Assembly: GCA_039588275.1 (NCBI GenBank)
Contig: JBDHAC010000002.1
Coordinates: 1 to 64,000 of the forward strand
DNA length: 64,000 bases
From: Gemmatimonadota bacterium
Lineage (GTDB): Bacteria > Gemmatimonadota > Gemmatimonadetes > Palauibacterales > Palauibacteraceae
Direction of reading: 5' to 3'
A program made the translations under genes and the position numbers. Shown here one piece after another: positions 9,017 through 19,268 of the stretch. Positions within the stretch are counted from its first letter, which is position 1, and every line of letters starts with the position of its first letter. Under the pieces are notes generated by a model. The model saw only the letters and a program-made list of their open reading frames with translations, searched no databases and was not told the DNA's origin.

Positions 9017-10552
9017 ATGGCCAAGTTCTACCTGACGACCGCGATTGACTACTCGAACGGTGAGCCTCACCTGGGGCACACCGTCGAGAAGGTCGGCGCC
9101 GACGCCATCGCCCGCTATCGGCGCAGCATGGGTGACGACGTCCACTTCGTCATCGGGATGGATGAGCATGGGCAAAAGGTCGCCAGGGAGGCGGAGAAGC
9201 AGGGCGCACCTCCCGAGGAGTGGGTCGATCGCATCGCCGAGGCTTTCCTCGAGACCTGGCACAAGCTCGAGATCTCGAACGACGGCTTCATCCGGACGTC
9301 GGAGCCGCGGCACCACCGGGGCGTGACGGCATTGATGGAGCGCATCCGTGAGACCGGCGACTTCTATCTCTCGAAGTACGAAGGGTACTACTGCGCCGGG
9401 TGTGAGGCGTTCAAGAAGGAAGAGGAGCTCACCGACGGCCGCTGTCCCAACCATCCGCACCGCGAGATCGAGTGGACGCAGGAGGAGAATTGGTTCTTTC
9501 GGCTATCGGCCTACCGTGACCGGTTGCTCGAGCACATCCGGGCGCACCCGGAGTTCGTGCGGCCGGAAAGTCGCCGAAACGAGATCCTGCGACTTCTCGA
9601 AGGCGGGCTCGAGGACATCTCGGCCTCTCGCAGCCGGATCCCGTGGGGCATCCCGTTCCCCGGCGCCGAGGATCACACCGTCTACGTATGGTTCGACGCG
9701 CTCTCGAACTACATCACGGCCGTCGGGTTTCCGGATGAGGACGACTTCGATCGGTTGTGGCCCGCCGACCTGCATATCATCGGCAAAGACATCACACGTT
9801 TCCACTGCGTCTACTGGCCGGCCATGCTGATCGCCGGCGGCGTCGAGGTTCCCAAGTCCGTGTGGGGTCACGGTTTCATCAACGTGGGCGGGTTCAAGCT
9901 GTCGAAGTCCGGAGGGACGAAGCTGGACCTCCCCGAGCTGATCGACCGGCACGGCCCCGACGCGCTCCGGTATTTCTTGATCCGCGAAGTGCCCTGGGAC
10001 GGGGACCGTAACTACGACTCGGTGGATGACTTCATCGAGAAGTTCGATCGCCGCTATACGGCCGATCTGGCCAACGATCTGGGGAATCTGCTCAACCGCG
10101 TGGTCTCGATGATCGAGAAGTACCGTGAGGGCACGATCCCGCCCGCAGACGTAGACGGGTCGACATCAGGTCTCGACGCGGCCAGCGGCGACGCGCTCCA
10201 GCGGTATCTCGCCAAGATGGACGGCTACCTGCTCGACGAAGCGTTGGAAGCGGTCTTCAGCCTCGTTCGATCGGCGAATGCCTACGTCGACGAGATCCAG
10301 CCGTGGACGCTGGCGAAGGAGGAGCGCGGGGGGGCGGCCCGAGACGCTCTCGACGCGGCGCTCGGGGCGCTGGCGCGGGCGCTGGGGGCCTGCGCCGCGA
10401 TGCTGGCTCCGTTCATGCCGTCGAAGGCGGGGGAGCTGTGGGCGGCCCTGGGTGGGGACGGTGAGGCGCCCTCGCTGGCGAGACTGGATCAGGAGCTCGC
10501 CGGGCTCTCCAGCGTGCGGCCCGGTCCCGTGCTGTTCCCGCGACCGGAGTAG
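9017..10552 (+). CDS. metG: Methionine--tRNA ligase (short form, no C-terminal Trbp111 domain)
   Basis: FYLTTAIDYSNGEPHLGH (HIGH), YVWFDAL.NY, GKDI.RFH..YWP, KLSKS. Confidence 0.97.
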   Translation: MAKFYLTTAIDYSNGEPHLGHTVEKVGADAIARYRRSMGDDVHFVIGMDEHGQKVAREAEKQGAPPEEWVDRIAEAFLETWHKLEISNDGFIRTSEPRHHRGVTALMERIRETGDFYLSKYEGYYCAGCEAFKKEEELTDGRCPNHPHREIEWTQEENWFFRLSAYRDRLLEHIRAHPEFVRPESRRNEILRLLEGGLEDISASRSRIPWGIPFPGAEDHTVYVWFDALSNYITAVGFPDEDDFDRLWPADLHIIGKDITRFHCVYWPAMLIAGGVEVPKSVWGHGFINVGGFKLSKSGGTKLDLPELIDRHGPDALRYFLIREVPWDGDRNYDSVDDFIEKFDRRYTADLANDLGNLLNRVVSMIEKYREGTIPPADVDGSTSGLDAASGDALQRYLAKMDGYLLDEALEAVFSLVRSANAYVDEIQPWTLAKEERGGAARDALDAALGALARALGACAAMLAPFMPSKAGELWAALGGDGEAPSLARLDQELAGLSSVRPGPVLFPRPE

Positions 10553-10557
10553 TGCAA

Positions 10558-10595
10558 CCGGTCCGGGGCTCACCTGGCGGCGAGCCCCGGACCGG
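10558..10595. terminator. 14-bp stem hairpin between convergent genes
   Basis: CCGGTCCGGGGCTC...GAGCCCCGGACCGG. Confidence 0.65.
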
Positions 10596-10628
10596 CGGAC
10601 CCGCATGGGTCCATCGAGATGGTGGCGA

Positions 10629-11303
10629 TCAGCCGTCACCGCCGCGGTCGTTACCCGCGGCACCGTCGCGCGTGACGGTTCTATTGATCTCGTGGTCGCA
10701 CACGAAGCCGACGATCGTCTTCGTGTGCGTGGCGGGATCCCACGTCACGGTGAGCTCGTAATCGCATTCGCCGGAGCGACCGTCACTCGTCTCCCACGTG
10801 AAGTGGCCTTCTTGCGAGTTGGTTTGCGGACCCTCGAAGTGGCCGTTCACCTTCTTGCGGAAGCCTTCGAACGTCCCTTCCCCGTTGATCGTGATCACGA
10901 GGTCGCCGCGCGCTCGTGCGCAGTTCTCGATCGACTTGTCTCCGCTGAACTCCAGCGTGACTTCACCGGTCTCCCGATTGGCGGTGTGCGTCCCCGCGCC
11001 GCTCGCGACGACCTGCCCACCGTTGCGGCAGGGTCGTGTGCGCGTGAATGTGAACTCGGTCACGATCGGGGCGACGGACAGCGAAACCGTTCCATCGATC
11101 TCGCCGGCGCCGATCAGGGCCGGACGCGCGTTGATCTCGCCGTCCAGGATCCCATCCAGCAGGTCCGCCTGTTGTTCGGCGATCAGGGCAGCGTCTGCGT
11201 CGGCCAGGTCCCCCGCACCGGGTCCCACCGTACTGTCGTCACAGGCCGTGACGAGGGCGAAAAGAGCCGCGAGGCCCACGCCCGTCCGCTTCATACGTCG
11301 CAT
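10629..11303 (-). CDS. Hypothetical beta-rich lipoprotein with four extra Cys
   Basis: AGGAG RBS; basic N-region followed by hydrophobic core and VTAC lipobox; 'CRNGG' hairpin-type motif. Confidence 0.75.
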   Translation of the reverse strand: MRRMKRTGVGLAALFALVTACDDSTVGPGAGDLADADAALIAEQQADLLDGILDGEINARPALIGAGEIDGTVSLSVAPIVTEFTFTRTRPCRNGGQVVASGAGTHTANRETGEVTLEFSGDKSIENCARARGDLVITINGEGTFEGFRKKVNGHFEGPQTNSQEGHFTWETSDGRSGECDYELTVTWDPATHTKTIVGFVCDHEINRTVTRDGAAGNDRGGDG

Positions 11304-11668
11304 CGTCTTCCCACTCCTGCGGCCGCGCCGCTCTTCTTGGTGAATCGTGCGCTCGTGATATGTAGACGACATCTCCCACGAATCCGTTAAAGGGTCCGGC
11401 AGCCCGCTCGCGTCTGAGCGCTGCAACTGGGTCGCGGCCCATGCGACGCAGCCACCCGCCTCGCATGGACTCCTGCAATGCCGGGGCCGGCACGGTGCCT
11501 GGCGCGCGCGTTGCAGGTTAGAGAGGCGTCCGAACGGCGCTCACGGCGTCCGACGCGATACGCAGGGACGGCGCTCCCGCCATGCGGGAAACGGCACGTG
11601 CCCGAGATGCGAGGCAAACCGCGGGCCGATCGACCGTTTGACGGGTTCTCAACGCGCTCGAGCGTCTG

Positions 11669-11697
11669 TTGACAGGTCTGTAAGAGCGGGGTAACCT
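11669..11697 (+). promoter_or_regulatory. Sigma70 promoter for the M23 peptidase gene
   Basis: TTGACA-N17-TAACCT. Confidence 0.6.
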
Positions 11698-11805
11698 GTG
11701 GCAACTTTTTTCCGGACCGTGGAACTGATTTCGCGCCGGATCACACCAAGAACCGCGGCCCTCCGAAGGCTGCCGTTCACTCTACGCCGGGGTTTGTCGC
11801 GGGGC

Positions 11806-12750
11806 GTGAATAAGCCGTCGTACTGGACAATACAAGTCCTCCCCGAAGGTAGCGGCGAGGCGCACAGCTATCGGCTCCGGCCGCGCATCTTCCGTATATC
11901 CATCCTCCTGTTGCTGGGTCTCGTCGGTCTCTCATCGGCCGGCGTCCTCGGTTTCCTCGGACAGCGTCACGCGATCTCCGAGCTGAACCGGTTCAAGGCG
12001 GAGAATCAGCACCTCGCATCGAACCTCCAGGCGATGGAGCAGCAGACCGAACGGCTGACCCATGCTCTGGACCATCTGGCCGCCCGGGATCAGCGCTTCC
12101 GCGTCGTCGCCGGCCTGCCGATGCTCGACCGCGAGGTCTACTCGGCGGGTGTGGGTGGACCCGCCTTCATGGATCCGGCGCAAGAGCAGTTCTATCGCCT
12201 GGCGCCCGATCTGGCGGATGCCGCCCGGGGCGTGAGCGGGAGCCTCGATCAGCTGTTGCGCCGCGCGGAGTTGCTCTCGACGAGCCTTTCCGAGGCGGTT
12301 GACTCGGTCGAGACGAGGGCCGACGTGTTCCGGCGCCGGCCGACGATCAACCCGGTCCAGGCCGAGGACTCCTGGATCAGCTCCGGGTTCAGCTACAACC
12401 GCTTGCACCCACTGCTCGGCTACCGACGCCCCCACCCCGGGGTCGACATCTCCGCGAGTGCGGGCAGCAGCGTGGTCGCCGCCGGAGCAGGGCACGTGAC
12501 GTTCGCAGGCAACGAGTCGGGTTACGGCCGCATGGTGGAGATCGATCACGGGGACGGTTACACGAGTCGGTACGCACACCTGGCCAGCGTGAAGGTCCGC
12601 GTTGGCCAGGCGGTCGAGCGCGGCACCCTCCTCGGTGAGGTCGGGCGCTCCGGACTGACGACCGGTCCCAATTTGCACTACGAGATTCGAGTCGAAGACC
12701 GACCGGTCAACCCGACGGCATACCTGATCGACCGCAGCTTCCGCCGCTGA
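11806..12750 (+). CDS. M23-family murein endopeptidase (TM anchor, coiled coil, LytM domain)
   Basis: HPGVD, YAHL and GPNLHYE motifs; start probably GTG 11806. Confidence 0.92.
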   Translation: MNKPSYWTIQVLPEGSGEAHSYRLRPRIFRISILLLLGLVGLSSAGVLGFLGQRHAISELNRFKAENQHLASNLQAMEQQTERLTHALDHLAARDQRFRVVAGLPMLDREVYSAGVGGPAFMDPAQEQFYRLAPDLADAARGVSGSLDQLLRRAELLSTSLSEAVDSVETRADVFRRRPTINPVQAEDSWISSGFSYNRLHPLLGYRRPHPGVDISASAGSSVVAAGAGHVTFAGNESGYGRMVEIDHGDGYTSRYAHLASVKVRVGQAVERGTLLGEVGRSGLTTGPNLHYEIRVEDRPVNPTAYLIDRSFRR

Positions 12751-12869
12751 AGCTCAATCTTTACATTGCTTTGCTGGAGCGCTTCTTCCCGCGCCGCGCG
12801 CTCTTTTGGCGCGTCGGATCGAGCGTCCGGCCCTTTTCGAACCGTTTCACCCGAGGTGGAGCAGTAGCG

Positions 12870-13625
12870 ATGCTGAACAAGCGTCTAGCGATCCCGTCCC
12901 TCGCCGCCGCGTCGCTGGTGTTCGCGGCTTGTGGGGGTGGCGACGTCACACTCCAGGTCCTGACGCAAGGGACCGACGAACTCCAGCCCGTCGCCGATCT
13001 TCCTGTCGAGTTCTTGCCGTTCGACCGCGACTCGCTGTTCGCGGCCCTCTCAGCGGCAGCCAGCGAGCCCGAGCCGCAAGTACCGGCGCAGCTGCGCCAG
13101 GAATTCGACAGCGTGCTCGTCCTGCAGGAGACGTGGAGGGTCGCCGAAGCGAACTGGAACGAGGTGCGTGACAGCCTCCGTCAGCTCTCCGAGCGGATGC
13201 AGCGGATGGATCGGCGGTCGCGCGAGTATCGACCGCTGTTCGAGCGGTTCAACGGCATGGAGGGCCGCGAGGCGAGGCTGAATCGTGACCGTGCGAGCGC
13301 GTTCGAGGCGTTCACGAACCTGCAGGCGACGAACCAGCAGCGGCTGGATTCCGTTCGCGCCGTCATCGAGGCGTGGGAAGACATGGCGTTCCAGGACTAC
13401 GCCGACATCGAGGCCACCTTGCTCGAGGATCTGGCGAGGGAGATCGCGTACGACACCACGGACGCGACCGGCTCGTTGACCCGTCGGCTGTCTGGCGGCA
13501 CGTGGTGGGTGCACGCGCGCGTGGCGATTCCGGCCGGGGAGCTGTACTGGAACGTCCCGACGGATGCCTCGACCGATACGCTTCGCCTCACTCCGGACAA
13601 CGCCGTCCGGCGGCTCGTCTTCTAA
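12870..13625 (+). CDS. Hypothetical lipoprotein with central coiled coil
   Basis: GAGGTGGAG RBS; FAAC lipobox. Confidence 0.75.
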   Translation: MLNKRLAIPSLAAASLVFAACGGGDVTLQVLTQGTDELQPVADLPVEFLPFDRDSLFAALSAAASEPEPQVPAQLRQEFDSVLVLQETWRVAEANWNEVRDSLRQLSERMQRMDRRSREYRPLFERFNGMEGREARLNRDRASAFEAFTNLQATNQQRLDSVRAVIEAWEDMAFQDYADIEATLLEDLAREIAYDTTDATGSLTRRLSGGTWWVHARVAIPAGELYWNVPTDASTDTLRLTPDNAVRRLVF

Positions 13626-13654
13626 CCTCGGGCCGATGAGGGGGCGGCATTCCA

Positions 13655-15808
13655 ATGGGCGAGCGCGCGGAGGCGATCTCACTCTCGGTTGACACCGACA
13701 AGATCGCTTGGCTGACCTTCGACCAGCCCGACGCCAAGGTCAATCTGCTGGGAGCCGAGGTGATGGCCGAGCTGGACCATCGCCTCTCTCAGCTCGAGTC
13801 GCGCATCGCGACGGGACAGCCGCTCGCGGTGGTCGTTCGGAGCGGAAAGCCCGGGACCTTCATCGCCGGGGCCGACGTCGGCGAGATCGCCGTCATCGAG
13901 GATGCGGCGGACGGCGAGGCCAAGAGCCGGGAGGGCCAGCGGATCTTCCGTCGCCTCGAGCGCCTCACCGTTCCCACGATCGCGGCGATCGACGGTCTGT
14001 GTCTCGGAGGCGGTACCGAGCTCGCGCTCGCGTGCGAATACCGGGTCGCATCGGACCGCGGTGCCACTCGAATCGGCGTTCCCGAAGTACGGCTGGGGAT
14101 CATCCCCGGCTTCGGCGGCTCCGTTCGGCTGCCTCGCCTCCTGGGGATCCAGCGCGGGCTCAAGATGATCCTCGGCGGCTCCCCCTCACCCGCAGACCGT
14201 GCCCTCCGCTCCGGGCTCGTCGATCGCGTGTTCCGCTACGACCGCTTCGAGGAATCCATCCGGGAGTTCGTGCGCGACGTGCTCCGCGGCGACGTCGAAC
14301 GCCGGGAGCGGAAGCTCTCGCTCTGGAGCCGTTTCCTGGAACACAGCGCGCCCGGTCGGCGCATTCTGTTCGCTATGGCACGGAGACAGGCGGCCAAGCG
14401 CGCGCAGGGGCGATATCCGGCGCCGCTCAAGGCTATCGACGTGGTGGAGCGCACGCTCGATCTGCCCATCGACGAGGCCCTGCAGATCGAGGCCGAAGGG
14501 CTCGGCCAAATGGCGGCAACGGAAGTGTCGCGAAACCTCGTGCGCATCTTCCTGCTGCAGCAGGCCGCGCGACGCGCACTTCCGCGGGAGGCGTTGGACG
14601 AGCGACGGCCGGTCGAGCAGGCGGCCGTGCTGGGCGCCGGAGTCATGGGAGGCGCGATTGCCGAGCTGATCGCCGCCAACGAGGTCCCGGTGATTCTCAA
14701 GGACATCGATCAGGATGCCCTCGACCTCGGCCTGCGTCATGCCAGCAAGCTCCTGAAGAAGGCGGGAGCGCGCGGCATCATGGCCCGCGAGGAGGTGGGG
14801 CTGCGGTTCGCGCTCATCCACGGGACGCTCGCGTACGACAAGTTCGAGGATGTCGACCTCGTCATCGAAGCGGTGGTGGAGCGGATGGCACTGAAGCAGG
14901 TAGTGCTCCGCGAGACGGAGGAGGTGATCGGGCACGAAGCCGTGTTCGCCACCAATACTTCATCCCTCTCCGTGACCGAGCTGGCCTCAGCCGCTGCGCA
15001 CCCCGAGCGTGTGGTTGGGCTGCACTTCTTCAACCCCGTGCACCGTATGCCACTCGTGGAGGTGATTCGTACGGACGAGTCCTCGGAAGAGGCGCTCGCG
15101 GCGGCCTTCGGGTTCGTGCTCGATATGGACAAGACGCCGGTGCTCGTGGCGGACCGCCCGGGGTTCCTCGTGAATCGGCTGCTGGCCCCGTATCTGAACG
15201 AGACGGGGTATCTGCTCGAGGAGGGGGCCGGCGTCGAGCAGTTGGACAAGGTGCTGCTCGAGTTCGGGATGCCGATGGGGCCCTGCCGACTACTCGACGA
15301 GATCGGGTTCGACGTTGCTGAGCATGTCGCGAGGGAGATGGAGGAAGCGTTCGGCGAGCGGATGCGGCCCGCGAAAGCCGTGGGCCGACTGAAGGAGGAT
15401 GGTCGGCTCGGTCGGAAGAACGAACGCGGGTTCTACACGTACGCGGATGGACGTCAACGTGGAGTCGACCGCGAGGTCGCCCGGGTCCTTGCAGCGAATG
15501 CGACCGGAACGCCCGCGAGCCGAGATGAGATCCGGCAGCGGTGCCTGTACCTCCTCGTCAACGAGGCCGCGCACGCGCTGGACGAGGACGTCGTCGAGGC
15601 GGCGGACCATGTCGATCTGGCTATGGTGATGGGGACCGGATTCCCGCCGTTCCGCGGCGGGCTCCTGCGGTGGGCCGACCGGGAGGGCATCGACCAGATC
15701 ACCGAGCGACTCTCGAGCTTCGAGGCGCAGCACGGGGCCCGATTCCGACCGGCACCGCGGCTGCGCGAGATGGCCGAGAGCGGCCAAACCTTCACGCACC
15801 CTGCCTGA
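13655..15808 (+). CDS. fadJ: Fatty-acid oxidation complex alpha subunit (enoyl-CoA hydratase / 3-hydroxyacyl-CoA dehydrogenase)
   Basis: FIAGAD, CLGGG.ELALAC, PEVRLGIIPG.GG, GAGVMG, NTSSL, GLHFFNPV, GFPPFRGG. Confidence 0.93.
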   Translation: MGERAEAISLSVDTDKIAWLTFDQPDAKVNLLGAEVMAELDHRLSQLESRIATGQPLAVVVRSGKPGTFIAGADVGEIAVIEDAADGEAKSREGQRIFRRLERLTVPTIAAIDGLCLGGGTELALACEYRVASDRGATRIGVPEVRLGIIPGFGGSVRLPRLLGIQRGLKMILGGSPSPADRALRSGLVDRVFRYDRFEESIREFVRDVLRGDVERRERKLSLWSRFLEHSAPGRRILFAMARRQAAKRAQGRYPAPLKAIDVVERTLDLPIDEALQIEAEGLGQMAATEVSRNLVRIFLLQQAARRALPREALDERRPVEQAAVLGAGVMGGAIAELIAANEVPVILKDIDQDALDLGLRHASKLLKKAGARGIMAREEVGLRFALIHGTLAYDKFEDVDLVIEAVVERMALKQVVLRETEEVIGHEAVFATNTSSLSVTELASAAAHPERVVGLHFFNPVHRMPLVEVIRTDESSEEALAAAFGFVLDMDKTPVLVADRPGFLVNRLLAPYLNETGYLLEEGAGVEQLDKVLLEFGMPMGPCRLLDEIGFDVAEHVAREMEEAFGERMRPAKAVGRLKEDGRLGRKNERGFYTYADGRQRGVDREVARVLAANATGTPASRDEIRQRCLYLLVNEAAHALDEDVVEAADHVDLAMVMGTGFPPFRGGLLRWADREGIDQITERLSSFEAQHGARFRPAPRLREMAESGQTFTHPA

Positions 15809-16862
15809 CGGTCTCGATCTCTTCGGGGCGCGGAGAAGAACGCTCCGCACGATCCGGAGAGCGCTGCCCGACGCGCCCGTCGTCGAGATCGTGTATCGGC
15901 GCCCGCCCAATCGAACGGATACGTACGTTCAGGAGCTGCTACTCGACGAACCGGACCTCAAGCTCACGCTCCAGATGCAACCGCCGGGAGCCCCGTCCAT
16001 CGACATCACAGATGGCGTGACGCTCGGCGCCGGCTCCTTTCTCCTCTGGTACCTGTTCCCCCGTCAGCCATTCGAGATCGGTGTGTTCCACGACGGGGAC
16101 GGGCGGTTGGTCGGCCACTACGTGAACCTGGTTCGGCCTTCCACACCGGTTGGAACCCGATGGAGCATCGAGGACCTCGTGCTCGACGTCTGGCTGGCCC
16201 CGGGCGCTCCGATCCGGATTCTGGACGAAGACGAGCTCGAAGAAGCGCGGCGCAAACACTGGGTGAGCGGACAGGAGGCACAGGAGGCCAGGCGTGCGCT
16301 GGACGGAGTCCTGGCGCGGATCCACGCCGGCGATTGGCCTCCCGAGCCCGTGCAGCGGTGGCCCCTCGACCTGGTGCCCGCTCTCCGATTGAAGCGGGAC
16401 TCGCCGGGAACGTATTACTCGGCCTTGATCGCCGGGCGGATCATCGCCTACGGCTTGTATTTGATGGGCGTCGTGTCGGCGACCTCGATCGGGTTCGCCG
16501 CGTTCACCGACGCGTTCGTGCTGAGGGGTCCGGGCCAGGTGATGTGGCTGGCGACGGTGGGACTGGAGGCGCTCCTCCTGCTCCCACTGGCGCTCCGTGG
16601 ACGGCTCCCGGCCACCCGCTGGCCGCAACCCGCCCTCACGGACGAACGGTCGCTGTTCATCGCGACGCTCGCGAGCGGCCTGGCCGTCCTCGGAGTGTAC
16701 GAGCGTGCGAGCTGGGGCGGCGCCCTCCTCCCCGTGTACGGGACGCTCGGCGTCTTCTCGCTGATCTTCGCCGTGTGCCGGGTGTGGTTCGACCGCGCCG
16801 TGCCCGTCTTCGCGTTGGCAGGCCTCATCGTGACCGGGCTCGCGTTGATGGTGTTGCTGTAG
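15801..16862 (+). CDS. DUF402-domain protein fused to a C-terminal multi-TM domain (start uncertain, 15801-15891)
   Basis: 'G.Y.N', 'EDLVLDVW' and 'LDEDEL' are DUF402 motifs; about five hydrophobic helices follow. Confidence 0.75.
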   Translation: MPDGLDLFGARRRTLRTIRRALPDAPVVEIVYRRPPNRTDTYVQELLLDEPDLKLTLQMQPPGAPSIDITDGVTLGAGSFLLWYLFPRQPFEIGVFHDGDGRLVGHYVNLVRPSTPVGTRWSIEDLVLDVWLAPGAPIRILDEDELEEARRKHWVSGQEAQEARRALDGVLARIHAGDWPPEPVQRWPLDLVPALRLKRDSPGTYYSALIAGRIIAYGLYLMGVVSATSIGFAAFTDAFVLRGPGQVMWLATVGLEALLLLPLALRGRLPATRWPQPALTDERSLFIATLASGLAVLGVYERASWGGALLPVYGTLGVFSLIFAVCRVWFDRAVPVFALAGLIVTGLALMVLL

Positions 16863-16934
16863 CGAAGCGTCGGGGTCGTTGCTCTCGTATGTGAAGAGAT
16901 GGAGAGCGTCAGGCGAGCGAGAGGCGGAGGCGGG

Positions 16935-17606
16935 ATGAAGGAGATCCAGGTGCGACGGGCACGGTTCATCGCGTTCTTCGCGGCCTACTTCGTCGCGGTG
17001 TGGTTCCTGTGGTACACGCCGGTCGTGTATCCGCTCAAGCTGTTCGTCGTCCTGTTGCACGAGATCAGCCACGGGCTGGTCGCGGTCGCCACCGGCGGGG
17101 CGATCCAGGGAATCCAGGTCACACCGGACCAGGGGGGCTTGTGCCAATGCCCCGGAGGCGACGCTTTCCTCACGCTCACGGCGGGGTATCTGGGCAGTCT
17201 GCTGTGGGGCGGGGCGATGTTCTGGGGGGCTCAACGGCTCGGGACGCGTTCCGCGTGGCTCACCGGCGGCATCGGCGCGCTCGTGCTGCTCATTGCCATC
17301 CCGTTCGTGCGCAACGGCTTCGGCATGGTCTTCAGCCTCGGATTCGGCCTCGCGCTGATCGCAGCGGCGCGCTGGGTAGGCGCCGAGGCCAACCGCGTGA
17401 TCCTCACCGTGTTGGGTCTCACGAGTTGTCTCTACGCCGTGCTGGACATCAAGAGCGACATCCTCGACCGCCCACAGCTTCTCTCGGACGCACGCTTGCT
17501 CGCGGAGCTCACCGCGGTCCCGACGGTCGTCTGGGGACTCATCTGGATCAGCACGGCGATCGCGTTCTGCTGGCTGTTGCTCCGCTGGGCCTGGCGGCGG
17601 GCTTGA
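16935..17606 (+). CDS. M50B-like intramembrane metallopeptidase
   Basis: LHEISH (HExxH), AGYLG, SDA motifs; multiple TM helices. Confidence 0.85.
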   Translation: MKEIQVRRARFIAFFAAYFVAVWFLWYTPVVYPLKLFVVLLHEISHGLVAVATGGAIQGIQVTPDQGGLCQCPGGDAFLTLTAGYLGSLLWGGAMFWGAQRLGTRSAWLTGGIGALVLLIAIPFVRNGFGMVFSLGFGLALIAAARWVGAEANRVILTVLGLTSCLYAVLDIKSDILDRPQLLSDARLLAELTAVPTVVWGLIWISTAIAFCWLLLRWAWRRA

Positions 17607-17669
17607 TGCCCGAAGCGGCCGGGTCCCGGACCTGACGTCCGGTGTGACGGCCGGCGTGTCATCCGGCGG

Positions 17670-19112
17670 CTAGCCGCCGCCGGCGGCCTCCAACCACTCC
17701 AGAGGCTCGAACGCCCCGATCGGACCGGGGAAGACGACCGGGCTCTCGAAGCCATCTTCGGACACGCTGGCGACGCCGAAGATGTAATTGTCGATCACGA
17801 TGTTCTCGAGCGTGTGCGCCGTCACTTCGCCGACGTAGACGGACTGCTCCCACTGGGGCGAGGTCGTGAGCCGCCAGTAGACCGTGTAGCCGGCCAGGTC
17901 CGGCGCCAGGCGGGCGTCGGCGGGTTGCCAACTCAGCGTCGTGGAGGGGCGGACCGCACCCCGGATCTCCACTCCTCGCGGTGGCGGCGGGGCCCAAGCG
18001 AGCGAAGCCAGCGTGACCGCGTTGAGCGCCGTCAGCTTCGCCGCATAATCGAATTCGACCTCCTCGACGACGTCGCCGTACTCCACGCCATCTTCGACCC
18101 TGATGTTCTGGTGCTGGCGCCGGTAGTCCTCGTTCGCCTCCATGATGCGAACGCCGGGAAACCCGACGTCGTTGAAGGGGCGATGGTGCCCGCCCCGGCC
18201 GAACCGGTCCAGCCGGTAGATCATCATCATGTCGAGGTTCGGGATGTACTCGTCCGCCATGCGGTCCACGTATCGGGCGAGGTTGCGCGATGGGGAGTCG
18301 ACCTCCCCACCGGTGGTGCGCCGCATGCGGGCCACACCTTCCGTCTCATCGGCCCGGATCCCCTCGGAGAACACCCGCGCTACGGTATTGTCGGAGATTC
18401 CGTTCTGTCCCTGGATGTTGCCGATCATGTCGTTGTTGAGGACGGCCTCGATCCGCCAGCCCTGTTCCTTCGCCACCCGCGCCATGTGCTGTCCACCGAA
18501 CAAACCCTGCTCCTCGCCCGAGAGTCCTGCGTAGACGACCGATCCCGCGAACCGATAGGGGCTCAATACGCGCGCTGCTTCGAGCACGCCGGCCATCCCC
18601 GAAGCGTTGTCGTTCGCCCCGGGCGCATCCGAGGTCCCGTCCAGACCGTTCGACGCGCGGGAATCGATGTCCCCCGACATGATCACGTATCGATCCGGGT
18701 CGGTAGCGCCGCGTTGAACGGCGATGACGTTGACCACGGCCACCGTGTCGGGGATGCGGCGCGTGCCACCGACCAGGGAGGTCTGATGGAAGACCTCGAG
18801 ACAGCCGCCGCACGCCTCCGAAATGCGCTCGAACTCGGCCTTGATCCACCGTCGCGCGGCCCCGATGCCCCGGGTGTCCGAAGTGGTGTCGGAGAGCGTG
18901 TGGCGCGTCCCGAAGGCGGCGAGCGTCCGGATGTCCGCCTCGACGCGCGCGGCGGAGATGGCCGCCACGATGTCGCGTAGAACCGGCTGCTCGGCTGGAG
19001 GGGCGTCGAGGGCGCCGATCGAGGACGGCAAGTCGGGCTCCTGCGCCATCATGGAGGCGGGAACGCTCGAGATGATCGTGAGGACGGCGGGAACGAGGCA
19101 AGCGGGTCTCAA
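17670..19112 (-). CDS. M28-family exported peptidase with C-terminal FN3-like domain
   Basis: Signal peptide; APGANDNASG, GEEQGL, NNDMIG. TTG start with GGAGG RBS. Confidence 0.9.
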   Translation of the reverse strand: MRPACLVPAVLTIISSVPASMMAQEPDLPSSIGALDAPPAEQPVLRDIVAAISAARVEADIRTLAAFGTRHTLSDTTSDTRGIGAARRWIKAEFERISEACGGCLEVFHQTSLVGGTRRIPDTVAVVNVIAVQRGATDPDRYVIMSGDIDSRASNGLDGTSDAPGANDNASGMAGVLEAARVLSPYRFAGSVVYAGLSGEEQGLFGGQHMARVAKEQGWRIEAVLNNDMIGNIQGQNGISDNTVARVFSEGIRADETEGVARMRRTTGGEVDSPSRNLARYVDRMADEYIPNLDMMMIYRLDRFGRGGHHRPFNDVGFPGVRIMEANEDYRRQHQNIRVEDGVEYGDVVEEVEFDYAAKLTALNAVTLASLAWAPPPPRGVEIRGAVRPSTTLSWQPADARLAPDLAGYTVYWRLTTSPQWEQSVYVGEVTAHTLENIVIDNYIFGVASVSEDGFESPVVFPGPIGAFEPLEWLEAAGGG

Positions 19113-19268
19113 GGGTCTCCCTCCATTCGTTCGGTTGGCCGTTCGGCAGCCGTTCGCGGCCGTCTTGGCGCGCGTTTCGCCGGGCCCGGGCTGGGCCGGC
19201 GTCTACGGGGCTCGCGGCGTCAACCAACAGGTTTCGGCAGTCGACGCGAGCGACTAACCTCGGGCATC

